64,000 bases of DNA from Schizosaccharomyces osmophilus (taxonomy: Eukaryota), in the NCBI RefSeq assembly GCF_027921745.1, contig NC_079238.1, positions 4,526,001 to 4,590,000 on the forward strand. The letters run 5' to 3'. The translations under genes were made by a program, and so were the position numbers. This document shows, piece after piece, positions 1 to 13,250 of the stretch. The notes under the pieces were generated by a model. That model had not been told where the DNA came from. It did no database searches and saw nothing but the letters and a program-made list of their open reading frames with translations. Numbering within the stretch: position 1 is the stretch's first letter; every line of letters begins with the position of its first letter.

Positions 1-1402
1 TTACATGGATACAGAAGTTTACGCAGATGAGTGTTTGCAGATGAAGTCAGTTGAGGTTACTGATAAACGTGTTAACTTGGGCGTTTGGGTAATAAAGAAT
101 CTATTTTTTCCTTTTATCGACGTTGAGCTTCAGCGAGACGCTAGATTCAGAAAAAATGTTGAGATGATAAGAGCGAATGTGCAAAAGCAATCAGAAACGG
201 TGGAGAGGGACAAAAATAGAAACTCTCTTACAATGCCTGTTGCACTTTCACCCTTGAAATTGCGACCTAGACCGTCTACTATGTTCTTTCCAAATGAACC
301 AGTAACTCCAGCTAGTCCTCAGTTTTCCCCTACCTCCTTTCCTATGGATCAGTTTAGTGATAACCAGCCTCAGTCCCCTTTTCACCCTTCTTCACATAAT
401 CCGATATATACATCCGCTGAGACAGAAAATTTGATGAATGCTCCTGATTACTTCTCAATACCTACGAGCAAACCACAAGCTGAGTCTGCAATCGTAAAAA
501 CGAAGGAAATAGGCTCGCCCAGGCATGAGGGATCTTTTATGGGACGTTTAAAAAAATTTGGCAGATCAAGGTCTTCTAGGAATCTTTCTTTAGGGACGCC
601 TAAATCGCCAGCTGAGCGTTTACCATTCAACAAATCCATAAGCCTAAATCCAACTCTTAATCCGGCCGCACCTCAAGTAAATTCAGAAACAAGAAATGCG
701 GACAATGCACCTAGTTCAAGCTCCTCTTTTTTTAACGGAAATCCGGCACCAGCTCCCACTCAAACACAGAAACCTATGAGAACAGTCAGCGATTTAATCG
801 AAAGCTTACATGAGCAGTATGTTAATAAGAAGCCAGATGAGAGTATAAATACATCCTTAAAGCAGCCTTTCACTGATTTTACTCCACAATTGGATTTGTC
901 AAAACAGATAACGGTTATCATCAGTGAAGAATCCCGTGAGGCAGGGAGTTCAAAAGATATTTTTTGCTCTACCATAGGTAATATGGAGAATGATGCTGAT
1001 GTATTGGAGAAAGTAATGCCTTATTGGTTAGGAAAGCTCCTTTTAATGAACGATGTTCCTTCGAAGAACAGTCCGACGATTGGCTTTTCGATCCAGCCGA
1101 ATCCAAACTCAAAGCTACCTTCAATAGTAAATGAAACGACTCGTTTGAGTGCGAATTCCATGCTTCGTGTCCAAAAGATATTGGATTATACACAAAGCAA
1201 AATCAGTCAACTTGTTCCGAACATGAATGGTCAGTTAGAGATTCGCTGTAAAGACATTGTTGTTACTCCTAAAATGACCATAGCTACCGTCAAGACGAGA
1301 ATTTGGCGTTCGGGAGATGATGTTCTCTTTCAGTACAATATAAATCCGGATACGGTCGATGAAGTTGTTGAAGGAACCCAAAAGTTGGACATTACAGGCT
1401 AA
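1..1402 (+). CDS. bun107: C-terminal part of a WDR48/UAF1-like deubiquitinase cofactor (5' end lies outside the window)
   Basis: ORF open from the window edge to TAA at 1402. Motifs VNLGVWVIKNLF and a ubiquitin-like C-terminus (RLSANSMLRVQKI...MTIATVKTRIWRSGDDV) are typical of WDR48/Duf1. Synteny with dcc1 and gef2. Confidence 0.85.
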   Translation, partial: YMDTEVYADECLQMKSVEVTDKRVNLGVWVIKNLFFPFIDVELQRDARFRKNVEMIRANVQKQSETVERDKNRNSLTMPVALSPLKLRPRPSTMFFPNEPVTPASPQFSPTSFPMDQFSDNQPQSPFHPSSHNPIYTSAETENLMNAPDYFSIPTSKPQAESAIVKTKEIGSPRHEGSFMGRLKKFGRSRSSRNLSLGTPKSPAERLPFNKSISLNPTLNPAAPQVNSETRNADNAPSSSSSFFNGNPAPAPTQTQKPMRTVSDLIESLHEQYVNKKPDESINTSLKQPFTDFTPQLDLSKQITVIISEESREAGSSKDIFCSTIGNMENDADVLEKVMPYWLGKLLLMNDVPSKNSPTIGFSIQPNPNSKLPSIVNETTRLSANSMLRVQKILDYTQSKISQLVPNMNGQLEIRCKDIVVTPKMTIATVKTRIWRSGDDVLFQYNINPDTVDEVVEGTQKLDITG

Positions 1403-1514
1403 TATTCCATTACGACGAATTGTGTTACTAAATTTTTATTATGTTATAATGTTTTGAATTCATTTGTTTTATTATGCTATTTAGCATTGCTGAGGCAATG
1501 AAATGCTAATTAAA

Positions 1515-2748
1515 TTACCAAGTACTTCTACTATTTATATACACACCGTTTTTCGTAACTTGCTTTCTGCCATATTTTAAAAGTAGAGCTTCTACTTTGC
1601 TTTTGTCTACCGCTAAAGTTTCAACAAACGGCCATATTTCGTCATATAGCCATTTGGATTTGGCTTGAAATAAAACTTGAAAACAGCGAGTAGGGTCCCG
1701 AGGTAGCTGAGAGGAAGAAAAATACTGTATCATGTCGGCGCCTGTATAAAAATAGAATCCCTAAATCGTTAGCTGTAGGAAAACAAAGTGCTAATACCTT
1801 TAGGATATCTAGTGACACAAGATCCTTGCAATTCTCAGGAAGCTTTTCTCTCCATTTTAATAGAAACCGAGAAATCTCTATGGTGATGACATCTTCCAAT
1901 AAAAAACGACCAATCCAAAAGCAAACCAGACTTTTGTTAATGACGACTGTGTCCACTGGGCTCAAGAAAGGAGTTCTTGAGATACTCCACAAAACTGAGA
2001 TTATAGCATCGGTATCAATTTCATCTGCCCTAGCTAATTCTTTGAACTTTTCAACATTGATAGTGGAGAAGTCGGCACGAAGTTGGTGGATTACCGCGAA
2101 TATCCAATCCATGAGTGTCATGATATAAGAAGGGGACATCCTGTAAAGAGTATTATCTTTCTTCATAATAAAATTTGATCCTAAAAAGGATTTTATTTCG
2201 TTTTCACTAGCTGGTACTTGACAAATAAATTCTTGGAAGGATATCGATGAAGGAATCTGCTTGTCAACAATTGGTTCACAGCTTACTGTATCTCTTCTTA
2301 CCTTCTCAAAAGCATCTTCATCCCAATAGGAAATTTTGTCTTCAATTATGATGGACCCATAAATCTGTTCAAGTTCCAAGTAGCTATGTTTTGAATCTTG
2401 CAAAGTCCATTCCGAGGGATGAGAGGACTGAAAGAGCAATAATGAGTTGGATTGAATTAATTGGCGAACAGAATATGTACTATTACTCGTGCACAAAACC
2501 GAGGATTTCGAGTCTGACCCTGCTTTCAAAACTACTCTAGAATGACTGTTAGCAAGCAATAATAATTGAACTCCGTTTTCGTCTTAGTGAGAAAGGGAAA
2601 TTTTATCTAGCTTTCCATACTGTTCATCTGGATTTTGTTCTATTATATTTTGTAGTTCCTTGTCTAGCTCAAGAAGTAAAAACTCTGGCTCTTCTTCGTA
2701 TTCAGAAAACTTTAAGGGTATCCTCTGGCTTGCTGGATCTTCTTCCAT
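1515..2748 (-). CDS. dcc1: Dcc1 subunit of the Ctf18-RFC sister-chromatid cohesion complex, 3 exons
   Basis: ATG at 2748 (MEEDPASQRIPLKF...FLLLELD). Introns ~2620-2537 (GTATGG..CTAAC..TAG) and ~1797-1761. Motifs VLCT..TYSVRQ..QSNSLLL and LPRDP..RCFQVLF..KSKW. Confidence 0.88.
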
Positions 2749-3489
2749 TCCTCCTTTTAAAGATTAGAGCAAACTCCAATTTATGATAAAACTTAAATAA
2801 ATATTATCGGCGAAATGTGCTGTGCTTATGAAGGAGTTAAACTCAAACTAGAAATTGAACCGACTTCTCCAATATCAATGAATAGTATGTCTAAAAATAA
2901 ACAGGAAATAGGAGAATATAAGAATATATATTTCAAACCCTAGACCCGTCTAGCAAACAGGTCTCGTGTATCTGTTGTATGCCTTTGTCTTCAACACCTC
3001 AAATTAAAAGGTGACACCAGGTTGATACCGGTTTTCTCAAAATCCTTGTTAAGAGCTTAATTTTTTTATTTGTAAAAAAAATATTTTAGAAGTTTGCTGG
3101 TTCTTTTATGAATGATTTCGCGGGAACGAAATTGAAGTGCTTTGTTGATTCCATAATATTTCTTACCCTTTCTTTTACGCTTTCCCTGTTTACTGTAACT
3201 TTGCTTGTTTGGCCTAGAAATCAAAAAATCAGAGGACACAATCGTCTTTCTCTATTCTATTCATCGTTGTAATAGTCTCTTTTGGTGCTGCTACATGAAC
3301 GCAAGTTAAGCTGTACGTTGTTCCCTCAATTTTGGTGTGCATTCTTTTTGGTTACTCTAATTCAATTTTGTTAATTTTCAATTCAACTTAAAGTCTGTTC
3401 GTTACATATTTGTTCAGATTGGGTCTTTTGGTTTACTGTACAATACTAACATTACGATTAATTTCTTTTATTAAATTTATACACGGACG

Positions 3490-6400
3490 ATGTCTCCTGA
3501 AGTTTCCCCTCATGATACAATTAATTCTATTCAATATGGTGGACTCTGGATTTTCAGAAACCTAGCATCGCAAAGCCCATCTTTTCAAGAGCAGCTTTCG
3601 TTTTGCACATTCTTCCATCCGAAGATTGGGATTACCCTCTTAGCTTTTGCGATTATTGAAGACAACACGCTAGCTGTTTTTGCGTTATCGAAGTTAGGTC
3701 CGGATGCATTTACGTTACCATACTCCTTTTTCTCAAGATTAGAAGAACTTTTTGAAATGATTGGGCTTCACTTGGATTTTCAGGAGGACCGTAGAGAAGC
3801 TGCCCTTTGTGCATATGAATTTCTATGTACTGATTCAGCTTCAATATATACGGAAGAAAATTGGTTGGAGGCTGCCATTGATCCAGGATATGCGGAGTAT
3901 GTGTTTTCCACGATCGATGTGTTTCAATCTGAAGCATTACTTCATGAGTTATTATCAATTGGACCCACTACTGTATTTCACGAATTTACGGTTGATGTTT
4001 TGCTGGAGGGTATTATGAATGATGGTTGGTGGGCGGATCCTTATACAAAACCATGGCGCTCGTTTTTAGGAAATCATTATATATGTGAGAAGGACCGTAG
4101 GAAGGTCAACAGTCCTACTCCGAGTATTGCCTCTGGTTCTGCAGCGGGTAATATGTCGTCTGTCTGGAAAAAGAAAAACCTTCTTTTCGAACTGATGCGA
4201 ACAGAAAGTACCTATGTTACACGTCTCAGGCATTTATTGAACGATTATGTAGTACCGTTGCGAAGTTCAGCGAAGTCATCAAAGAAGCTAATAGGACTTT
4301 ATGAAATCAACACCATGTTCCCTCCAAATTTAACAAAGCTGATACAAATAAATTCAGCGTTTTTGGATGAAATTGAAGCAATCATGGCTGAATTGGACGA
4401 AGACAGCGACTCTGCGGATGATATAACTGACGATTTTGATTTAAGGATGGCAACTTGTCTCTGCAACCATTTTCAGGTGTTTGCTCAGCATTATCCCCGT
4501 TACCTTGAGCAAAGCAAGGATTTTGGTGAGGTATTAAACGCTGCTTCAAAAAACCCAAAGTTTTTGGACTTTATCGATAAAATAAAAGTAAAAGCAAACC
4601 GTAATGTAAGTCTAAGCCAACTAATTATGGAGCCTGTACAAAGGATCCCTCGGTATTTCCTTTTTCTGGAGCAAATCATTACGCTTACTCTTGATGGACC
4701 TCCTCAAGGAACTTATATGCATGCAATGGAGACTGTTCATAACATTGCCGAGATGCCCGTCGTTGATGCCGAAGAGCGCTCGAAAGTTTTTGCTGGTCTT
4801 CAATATATTATTCCAAATCTTGCCCCGAATCTGATATCAAATTCCCGAGATTTACTTGATTGTGTTGATGTTAATCGCGAAATTTGGAAAAGCGGTCAGC
4901 TTTCCCTCGTTCCATATACAATTTTACTATTCACAGATTGCATTTGCCTACTAAAAAGAAACTCAAAAGCATCTTTAGCTGATGTAATTTTGGAATTGAA
5001 GGAGACATTTGTATTACCAAAGTCATTTTCCAGAGAGAAGAGTGCACAGTATGTTGCTTGGAATTATATTGATAACATTGAGTTGACGAGAGGCATTGAT
5101 GAAGACTGTACATTATGGCTTATATCTAAGTCAGCATCCGCATTCCCCTTTTTTAGTGAATTTCCTCTTATTAAATTTGTTTCATCGAATGGTAAACTTC
5201 CCTTTGAAAGTTTTCTACGTTCTTTTCAGCAAGCTTTAGCGTTCCGCAAGACTCAAAGAATGCTTGTTACTAGCCGCAGTTTTAACGATTTTACTATTTT
5301 CTACAGTTGCTTCACGCCTGTATCCTATGAAAAAGAAAAACATCGGTCTTCGATTATATGTGTTTGCAATGATGAGTATAATTCCTATAATTCTGAGTCT
5401 TTTCTCTGTGAGGGTAATGTTGTTTTGAATATTCAGAGGCAAAATGAAGGATTCTTAGTGGAAGCCTTAACATGGTTGGGTTTTGACTTGCCTTCAAGAT
5501 TATTTGTTTCGGATGCGGGTATAGAAAAATATATTTCTGAGTATTTGATTACAATCAAGCGCATGCTTTCTAGCCCTTTTTCTAATCGATGTTTTTCACA
5601 GTACGACCTTTATGACAATATTCTTCAGTACCTCTTGCTTTCTAAAAGCAATCCCAAGAAAGGAAGGCTTTCGTTGGTCGGACGTCCATCCAGTCCTATT
5701 AAATGGGCATCTGCTTTAAAAGGAACATATGGAGCCAAGGGATATTCCAAATCGTATGCTACACTTCCGTCACAAAAACATAGCAGCAATGACACAAACT
5801 TTGATCCAAAAAGGTCATTCGGAAATATAGCGATGTTGCCTACAAATATTTCATTTGAAACTATCCTTGAAACTTTAAAAAGCTTTAAAACAATCTTCTT
5901 GGGAATTACAGGTAAGATTATCTGCAAAATGCGTTACACGAATATTTTTTAAAAGCATTGCTAACTCAATAGAAGATTATGGCGCATTGTTGAAAGAAGT
6001 TTCGCCTATTGAAAGCCAGCAACTTGAAGTTTTAATGGGAGACGTTACTAGAGAAACACCAGACTTCGAGCGCATACAACGGCTTCCCGGAGCACATATA
6101 TACTTCTTATTTTGGAAGTATTTGAAACTTTGTGTTGTTAAAAAATACGGTTCTTTGTTGCCCTCAATGTTCATGCAGCGCTTGAGCAATCATGGATATA
6201 CAGGTAAGACCCTATTCACAATTCAATAGTCTAACGTAGTAGATTTGTCATATAACCTAAAAACTTCATTGAAAAAGATAGAAGCTTGTTTACAAGAGCT
6301 CCCGCAGCAAAATTCACGAACTCTGGATGCAGTCCTTGATATCATTTCAGAGTTACTTTTAGGGTTACCTCTTAGGGACCAGTGTGAAATGCTTGTCGAG

Positions 6401-6901
6401 CAAATGGCGAGCGTACTTTCTCCTCCTTTATATCGTAGAAGTGCCATCGAAGTGATACGTTTTATGACATATTATTACGACCAATTATTCAAAAAGGATA
6501 CCCTCGATCCGCTATGTTCCCCGTCGTCAAAGAATGCTGAACGTTATGGGCAAAAAGAATACGAGGAGCAAGCATCTCAGCAAGTTAATGAATCTTTCAT
6601 GGCCAAGGAAGTCATTCCTGGTAAAGTGGATCTTAAGGACTATGAGCATCTTCGGCAAAATTACCATATGACTCTTGCAAAGATAGCTCAAGTAAACAAA
6701 CGGATCAGCGGAAGTAAAGAGGCAATGCCCGTTTTATACGATCAATTAACACATGATTTGAAGCTAATTAAGCAGTCTATTCAAGCAAATCTAGCTCGAA
6801 AACGATGTGAATTAGATATTGCTAAGTGGACATTGAAGGAGTATGAAGATGCCAAACAGAAGTTGCCTAACAATGATTGCAAAATGGAGTTTTTTCTATA
6901 G
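3490..6901 (+). CDS. gef2: RhoGEF (DH domain) Gef2, 3 exons
   Basis: DH motifs ELMRTESTYVTRL and LIMEPVQRIPRY. Introns ~5912-5972 and ~6204-6242 join the ORF pieces. Synteny. Confidence 0.85.
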
Positions 6902-7388
6902 TCTATAGTTCAAAAACACGCTTATAATGATGTGGGTACTTACAGACCGCGAAAAGTTACGCTTAAGTAAAATGTCAATGAAGAAATGATTAGTTAAAAG
7001 TTCAAAGTTCATGATAATCATTCTAATACAAACGAACGAAATTCTTCACTCTTTTGGTAAATTCAATCTTGTATGGTTATAGGGAATATGGTAATGTAGA
7101 TAAAGTACAAATTGGATACCCATTGCATAGAGCCATTTTTAGAAATGAGAAATCCATTCAGCGTAGCTTTATGAGAATGAGAACTAATGTAATTGAATAA
7201 TCCACAAGTCAACAATTGTAGAAAAGAACGGAGGAAAAAAGATGTATGGAGAGTGTTATTAATAACCTTCATGAAAAGAGAATTTAGCTAAAGGCGTAAA
7301 CGAGAAAGGACATCAGGCATGGCATGCACTTGTCTCTAAACTAAATCATAAGCGAATACAAAATATAGGGCTTAAAACAAGAAACAAC

Positions 7389-8147
7389 TTAAGCACGTTC
7401 AGATTGAGGTTGAGCATCACTTTGACACTTTGTAAGGACTTCGTTAATTTCCTTGGGTCTAAGGATCTTGCAGACCATTCGCCCTTTTTCTTCATCTTTA
7501 GAAATGGTTGCAAATTCAATTTTTTCATCTGTAAGCGAGTTGTTGTCAAGAGTTTTTCCTAAGAACTTCACAGCCATTGCACAGGCCTCTTCTAAATTGA
7601 TATCTTCTTTATATTCCTGACGCATTAAACTTTGGATGCTTGTGCTGTTACCTCCAATACTATTTGCTTGCCAGTTTCCGTAATTTCCAGACGGATTGGA
7701 TTGGAATAATTGATAACCATGAATATGATCCCATCCTGCATACAAAAAGGAGACACCAAAAGGACGCAAACCACCGTACTGAGTGTATCCCTGTTTTAAG
7801 TCACAAACACGTCGCACTAGTTGCTCACATGGCATTTCTTCGTTAAATGTTTGTAAATACTGCTGACCAACTCTTCTAGCATAATTAATTAAAATATTGG
7901 CATCTGCAGTAAGACCAGCTACAGCACAAACCATGTTGTCTCCAATATGATAAAGCTTCTCAGCCGATTCTTCTTGTTCAAGCAATTTACTGGTAACCTT
8001 CTTCTCGGCTGCTAAAACAATACCATCCTTAGCAACAATTCCTAAAGCAACACCAGCGTGATTGATGGCTTCCAAGGCATATTCTACTTGATACAGACGT
8101 CCTTCAGGAGAAAAAATGGTAGTACGAGAATCGTAACTTCTAGACAT
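7389..8147 (-). CDS. pre9: 20S proteasome alpha-3 subunit
   Basis: MSRSYDSRTTIFSPEGRLYQVEYA alpha-subunit signature; YTQYGGLRPFGVS. Confidence 0.97.
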   Translation of the reverse strand: MSRSYDSRTTIFSPEGRLYQVEYALEAINHAGVALGIVAKDGIVLAAEKKVTSKLLEQEESAEKLYHIGDNMVCAVAGLTADANILINYARRVGQQYLQTFNEEMPCEQLVRRVCDLKQGYTQYGGLRPFGVSFLYAGWDHIHGYQLFQSNPSGNYGNWQANSIGGNSTSIQSLMRQEYKEDINLEEACAMAVKFLGKTLDNNSLTDEKIEFATISKDEEKGRMVCKILRPKEINEVLTKCQSDAQPQSERA

Positions 8148-8609
8148 GATGGTTTTGGCTAACGTGAAGTTTCTAAAGATTCTTCATTTCATCCACATTA
8201 GGAATTTACAAGCGTACTGTAAACCTCAGTAAGTAGTATACCGCATGCAACCATATCGGTGAAACTAGATAAGGCGAACGTTTTATAACGTTAGTAAACA
8301 AAATTGCAAATGGATTCAATTTTTATGTGAAGAGCTTCAGGAAAGCTTACCATAGGTCCGGATATTCCTAATACTTCATGGATAATTAATTCTAAGAAGA
8401 CAAACTTCAATTAAAGAGCTCTAGAAAAGAATGAAGTCAGGACGTACTTGCATTGTTAAGTTTCCTGCGAAAGGGAACAAAAGAAGAATTTTATATATTA
8501 AATTAATTAAATGATTGACTTAAAACTGTTTAATAGATGATATGAAGTAACATCACAGTGTATTCTACCTAACCTTTGCCTACAACTGAATGAACATTTA
8601 AACAATATA

Positions 8610-9968
8610 ATGGAGGGATCATTGCCCCCTGGATGGACTGAACATAAAGGTATATATTCAAAATTTTATATTATCCTTGCTAACAGAGAGTAGCACCCAA
8701 TGGAATTCCTTATTATTGGAATGCTGAACTAGCAAAAAGTACTTACAAACGTCCTATCTGGCCTGATGAGCAAAAAAAAGCCTCTGATTCCATTTATTTA
8801 AAACAAGAAGAGATAAAGGGTGTTGAAGAGACATCAGGATCTGAAGATACTGAAGAAAAACGCAAGTTTGACCGTGAACTTCGAAAGCAATCTTTTGATA
8901 GGCCAAAGTACAAGTAAGTGAACCAGCAGAACTACATTGATGTGAAGAATATCATTAACAGTGCTAAGAAAATCTATACCTGGATCAAGTGTTTGGGTCA
9001 TTATTACAACGAAGAGAAATCGATATTTTTTTCATAATACTGAGACTCATGAATCAACTTGGCTGCCTCCGCAAGAACTCTTGGATATCGTTCTAACTTT
9101 ACGGCTTCCAAAACGGAAATTGAAAAGTAAATTTCAATCAAATGCCGCTGAAGTGTCTACAGGTTCCGGAAATTATAACAATGTTGTTACAAAAGGTGGA
9201 CTGGACGAGCATCCTGAACGCCAACACGAGACAACGAGTCTCTCTGAGGATGAGGGCGAAGAAGAAGAATCCGTTGAAGAAGTCGTTGAAACCGAGAATG
9301 AAGAAGGCGAGGAGAATTTGAGCGAAAACGGCGAAAATGAAAATATAGAGTTTGGTGAAGAAGATTTCCTGTTTCAACTTCAAGAAATGGAAGGAAATGT
9401 TCAAGGGGATGATGTTTTGCAAGAAAAAGAAGGACCTGTGATTGACCATGAAACTGCCGTTCAAATTTTCAAACAGCTTTTGAAGGACAAAAGTGTAGAT
9501 GTTTACCAAACTTGGGAATTTACATATCCGAAACTAATAGATGATGAACGATTTCGAATTTTGGATACTGGGCAAGATCGTCGTCAAGTTTTTGAAGAGT
9601 ATTGCAAATCTGCTATTGCATCAAAGCCAGACCGCTCGTCGAAAACATCCTCCTTATTAGGTTTCTGGAATCTTTTACAGAGCTTACCGAGTACCATCTT
9701 ATGGCCCGAGTTCAAAAGGAAGTATAGAAAGTCACCTGTACTAAGTATTCCTCGTTACTCGGATAGAGATTTAGAAAAGCTCTTTCGCGAATTTCAGATT
9801 TTAAGAAATCGTCCTGTGGAAGACAGAATATATAATTTTCAAAGTCTTTGCAGATCAAAAAAAATCGACCCAAGAAGGCCCGATAGTTATAACGACAAAA
9901 TTCTGAACGATGTACGATACGCAGTAGTTAATCCTGAAGAATTACGTTCTTGGTTAGTCAATAATTAG
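8610..9968 (+). CDS. dre4: WW/FF-domain splicing-associated factor, 3 exons
   Basis: ATG at 8610 gives MEGSLPPGWTEHK|APNGIPYYWN (WW domain) across an intron at ~8650-8692. Second intron from ~8914. Second WW (RYFFHNTETHESTW) and an FF domain (FKQLLKDK...TWE...DDERF). Confidence 0.85.
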
Positions 9969-10104
9969 TTTTTTATTAATTTTCTCTTCTTGTCTTTGAA
10001 TTGAAAAAAAAAAGTTTCTCGTCTTATAGCTTATCATTGTTTCCTGCACCGGCGCGTCGCGTTGTCATATTTGCCTTTCACCAATATCCTCTTACCTTTT
10101 TTCA

Positions 10105-11915
10105 ATGCGGATTTGGATCAAGCTGACTATAGTTTACTTTTTTTCTTTGCTTCAGAAGACATTGGCTGATTATGACTCAAAATCCATTCTAAAATTCCCT
10201 GATGTTGCATTTTCGAAAAGCCTCACAGAATTCGATTCTTTGGCTAGCGTGTACCATACTTTATCTAGAAAACCAACTTGTTATCAATCTACTGCATTTT
10301 CTCTAATGTCGGCATGCGAGGTTTTAAATACAGAACTTTCACTGGACGAACGTATTGACTACGCGATTCGATTAACAATCTGCGATCTTGAACATGCACA
10401 AATTCCAGTTCCCTATGAATGTAAAAGAGAATCACAATCTTCATGTTTAAAGCAGCTTGAATCTGTATCCTCTTGGTGGATTTCCTTCGCTAGTCATTAC
10501 CATGATATATCTCATTTATGTAAACTAGCACGGTTGGAATTTGATAAAGGTATAAGAAACTTTTTTCTTTTTGAAGCTAACAAATCAGGAATTTCTATTG
10601 AAGTCAATAGAAATATAACGTTAATCCAGAAAGATTTGTTAGAACTGCTGACATCTGAGCTCCAATATTTTCAAGACATGTCTAGCGATTTCAAGTATGA
10701 AACGATACTTGAAAATCAGAAAATGATTTCTTTATTTCAAGAAAGGACACAGCAAATGAATTTTTTGCTGGAGAATGAAAAAGCAAGTTTAATAAACTGG
10801 AAAAGCGATCAAAACGAAGTTATTATAAATCAAAAAGATTCGTTAGCACAGTCTACTGAGTTAACCCAAAGGCTCGATTCTATGAAATTTGTAGTCCATG
10901 ACCTTTTGACACAAGCTTATGAAGATCGTGAAACTTTACATGACCACTTTCAAGAAAAAGCGCTAACACAAAATGAGGATTTTCTTAAACTATTAAAAGA
11001 AAAAGCTTCGGAATTTCAAACTGACTACCATGTAACGTTGTCCTCAATTATGAGGGATACTGAAAACACGCTTCAGTTATCAATGGAAAATGAGGTTGCT
11101 CAATTTTTGAATCGGTTTTCTACTTTAACGAACAAAATCATGCATTTGGACAAAGGTTTGGATACCTTGCACGGCTCGTTTATGAAACATTCTGTAAGGA
11201 AGATGAGACTTACTTCTGGTAACATTTTGCTAATTTTCTTTAGTTGGCTCAACAAGAACAAATGTCTCAATGGAAAACAGAATTCTTCGACCTAAATAAC
11301 AGTCAGTTGGAAATTTTTAGCAAGTTTGGTTCGTTAATCAAAGTTCTGAAACCGTTTGCAGACTTTTCGCTAGCTGGTTTTACAAACTTAGCAAGCGGTA
11401 TAATTATGTTGGGTGTACTTTTGATCTACAAATTCTTGAAACTTACGCTTTCGGTCCTTAAACCACAGTCTCTCTCTCCAATATATGTTATGATAATTAC
11501 GGGTGCAATCATAGCCTGCTACAAATACTTGTATGCTTTAAACTTGATTCAAACAATTAAATTTGGGTTTTCTCTGAGCTTAAATTTCAAAAACTATGGA
11601 GTTACTGCTTTGTTTTCTATATGCTTTATATACGTTATTTACCTACTAATATCTCGTCTATTTAAAAGGTTTAAAAAACCGGAACCTGCTTCAAACCTTT
11701 TGTTACTTGCTCCACCGGAGAGTGGTCCTTTCCAAAAGCCCACTAGAAGGACAGGTCATCAAAATTGGGCTCATGAAGGATTTCCAAATAGGTATGATAA
11801 CAATCTTGTTGGCATATCCGAACCTCAATGGTTTTTTAACGATCAAAGGAAAGTTGCAAATATGAACCAGAATCAGAGCGACGATACGTTTCAACAAAAA
11901 GCTTGGTGGGAATAA
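10105..11915 (+). CDS. tht1: Nuclear membrane fusion (karyogamy) protein, Kar5/GEX1/Brambleberry family
   Basis: Signal peptide, Cys-rich domain (C..YAIRLTICD..C..C..WWISF), coiled coil and C-terminal TM helices. Introns 10550-10588 and 11194-11243. Confidence 0.88.
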
Positions 11916-12147
11916 TCCAAGGGATTCAAATTCAAATCAAAATCAGTACAACATTACGCTCATATTACATGTTTCGTTATTAAACACTCAAATTGAGCGA
12001 TTGGGTTACCGAGTGCCACTTGTTTATTGGATATCTCAAATTCTTGAAATTTATAACTCTATGTACAACATTTACAATCAACCAAATTTTTTATATCTTT
12101 ACAGGACTAGTTTATAAGTTTAATTGTTTTGGAAGCTGTGATAATTA

Positions 12148-12906
12148 ATGATGAAATATAAAATAGCAATTTTCAATGCTGATTTACCAATGGCTTCCGT
12201 GACGCAGAAATATGGCGATTATGCGCACATGTTTGAGAACATGTTTACCAGAGCTGCAGCTACTTACAATTCCTCCTTAGAGTTTATTTTCAATACCTAT
12301 TATGTTTACAAGGAAGACGTCTATCCTAGCGAAGAGCAGCTTGGTGATCTTGATGCTATAGTTATCACTGGCTCAAAATTTTACGCCGGTGATGATGTTC
12401 CTTGGATAAACAAGCTTACCGAAGTTGTGAAAAAAATCATCAACAACTATAACAAAATTAAAGTGTTAGGGGTTTGTTTTGGCCATCAGATTATAGGAAG
12501 AGCGTTTGGCTCGTCTATCATCGCCAATCCAAACGGATGGGAAATTGCACCTTACGAACTCCAGCTAACGGAAACTGGTAAAAGAGTTTTTGCTAAGGAT
12601 TCTGTAACTATCCATCAGATGCACCAAGACATTGTCAGAGAAATTCCCAATGGTTTTGAGTTATTAGCCAGTACCAAAACTTGTTCAAATCAAGCCTTTT
12701 TAAAAGGACAGCAAGTTCTTTCTTTTCAAGGGCATCCCGAATTCAGCAAAGATGTTGTTCAAGCAATGGCGAGCACTCGATTTGACAACGGCCTATTTAC
12801 CAAAGAACAGTTTAGTGATGCAGAAAACCGTTTACAAAAGGATACAGATACCTCGCTCTTTGAACAAATAATCATAAAATTTGTGATGGGAAATTTGATT
12901 ACCTAG
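12148..12906 (+). CDS. Class I glutamine amidotransferase-like protein (SPAC13C5.04-like)
   Basis: Catalytic triad motifs GVCFGHQ and FQGHPE; ITGS oxyanion strand. Confidence 0.9.
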   Translation: MMKYKIAIFNADLPMASVTQKYGDYAHMFENMFTRAAATYNSSLEFIFNTYYVYKEDVYPSEEQLGDLDAIVITGSKFYAGDDVPWINKLTEVVKKIINNYNKIKVLGVCFGHQIIGRAFGSSIIANPNGWEIAPYELQLTETGKRVFAKDSVTIHQMHQDIVREIPNGFELLASTKTCSNQAFLKGQQVLSFQGHPEFSKDVVQAMASTRFDNGLFTKEQFSDAENRLQKDTDTSLFEQIIIKFVMGNLIT

Positions 12907-13142
12907 AAAATTCCATGATGACAGAAGCTTTATTGCTCTATGAAATGAGTGCAAAAGTTGGTTTATCCTTTCATAGCTGTGACGCTCTTATTGTTCATAA
13001 TAATAGACTAAGATAAGAAACAAAGTTGGATTATAAAAACGAAACATAAATTTGAATTCAATGTAAACAGACTTAATTAACTTGGAAATTAATCCAAAAT
13101 GTAAACAAAATCTTGTTTACTTTCATTTGTTTACGAAATAAA

Positions 13143-13150
13143 CAGTCACG
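13143..13150 (+). promoter_or_regulatory. Homol D box of the snoRNA host transcript
   Basis: CAGTCACG, 68 nt upstream of the GTAAGA donor at 13218. The same 8-mer occurs upstream of rps9 in this window. Confidence 0.65.
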
Positions 13151-13250
13151 TTTTAATTCTTAAAGCGTCAAATTGCTCGAACGTTTACCACCAGTACTAC
13201 AATACGAAATTAAATAGGTAAGATAAAACCGTCAAGGCTTTATTGAAAAA

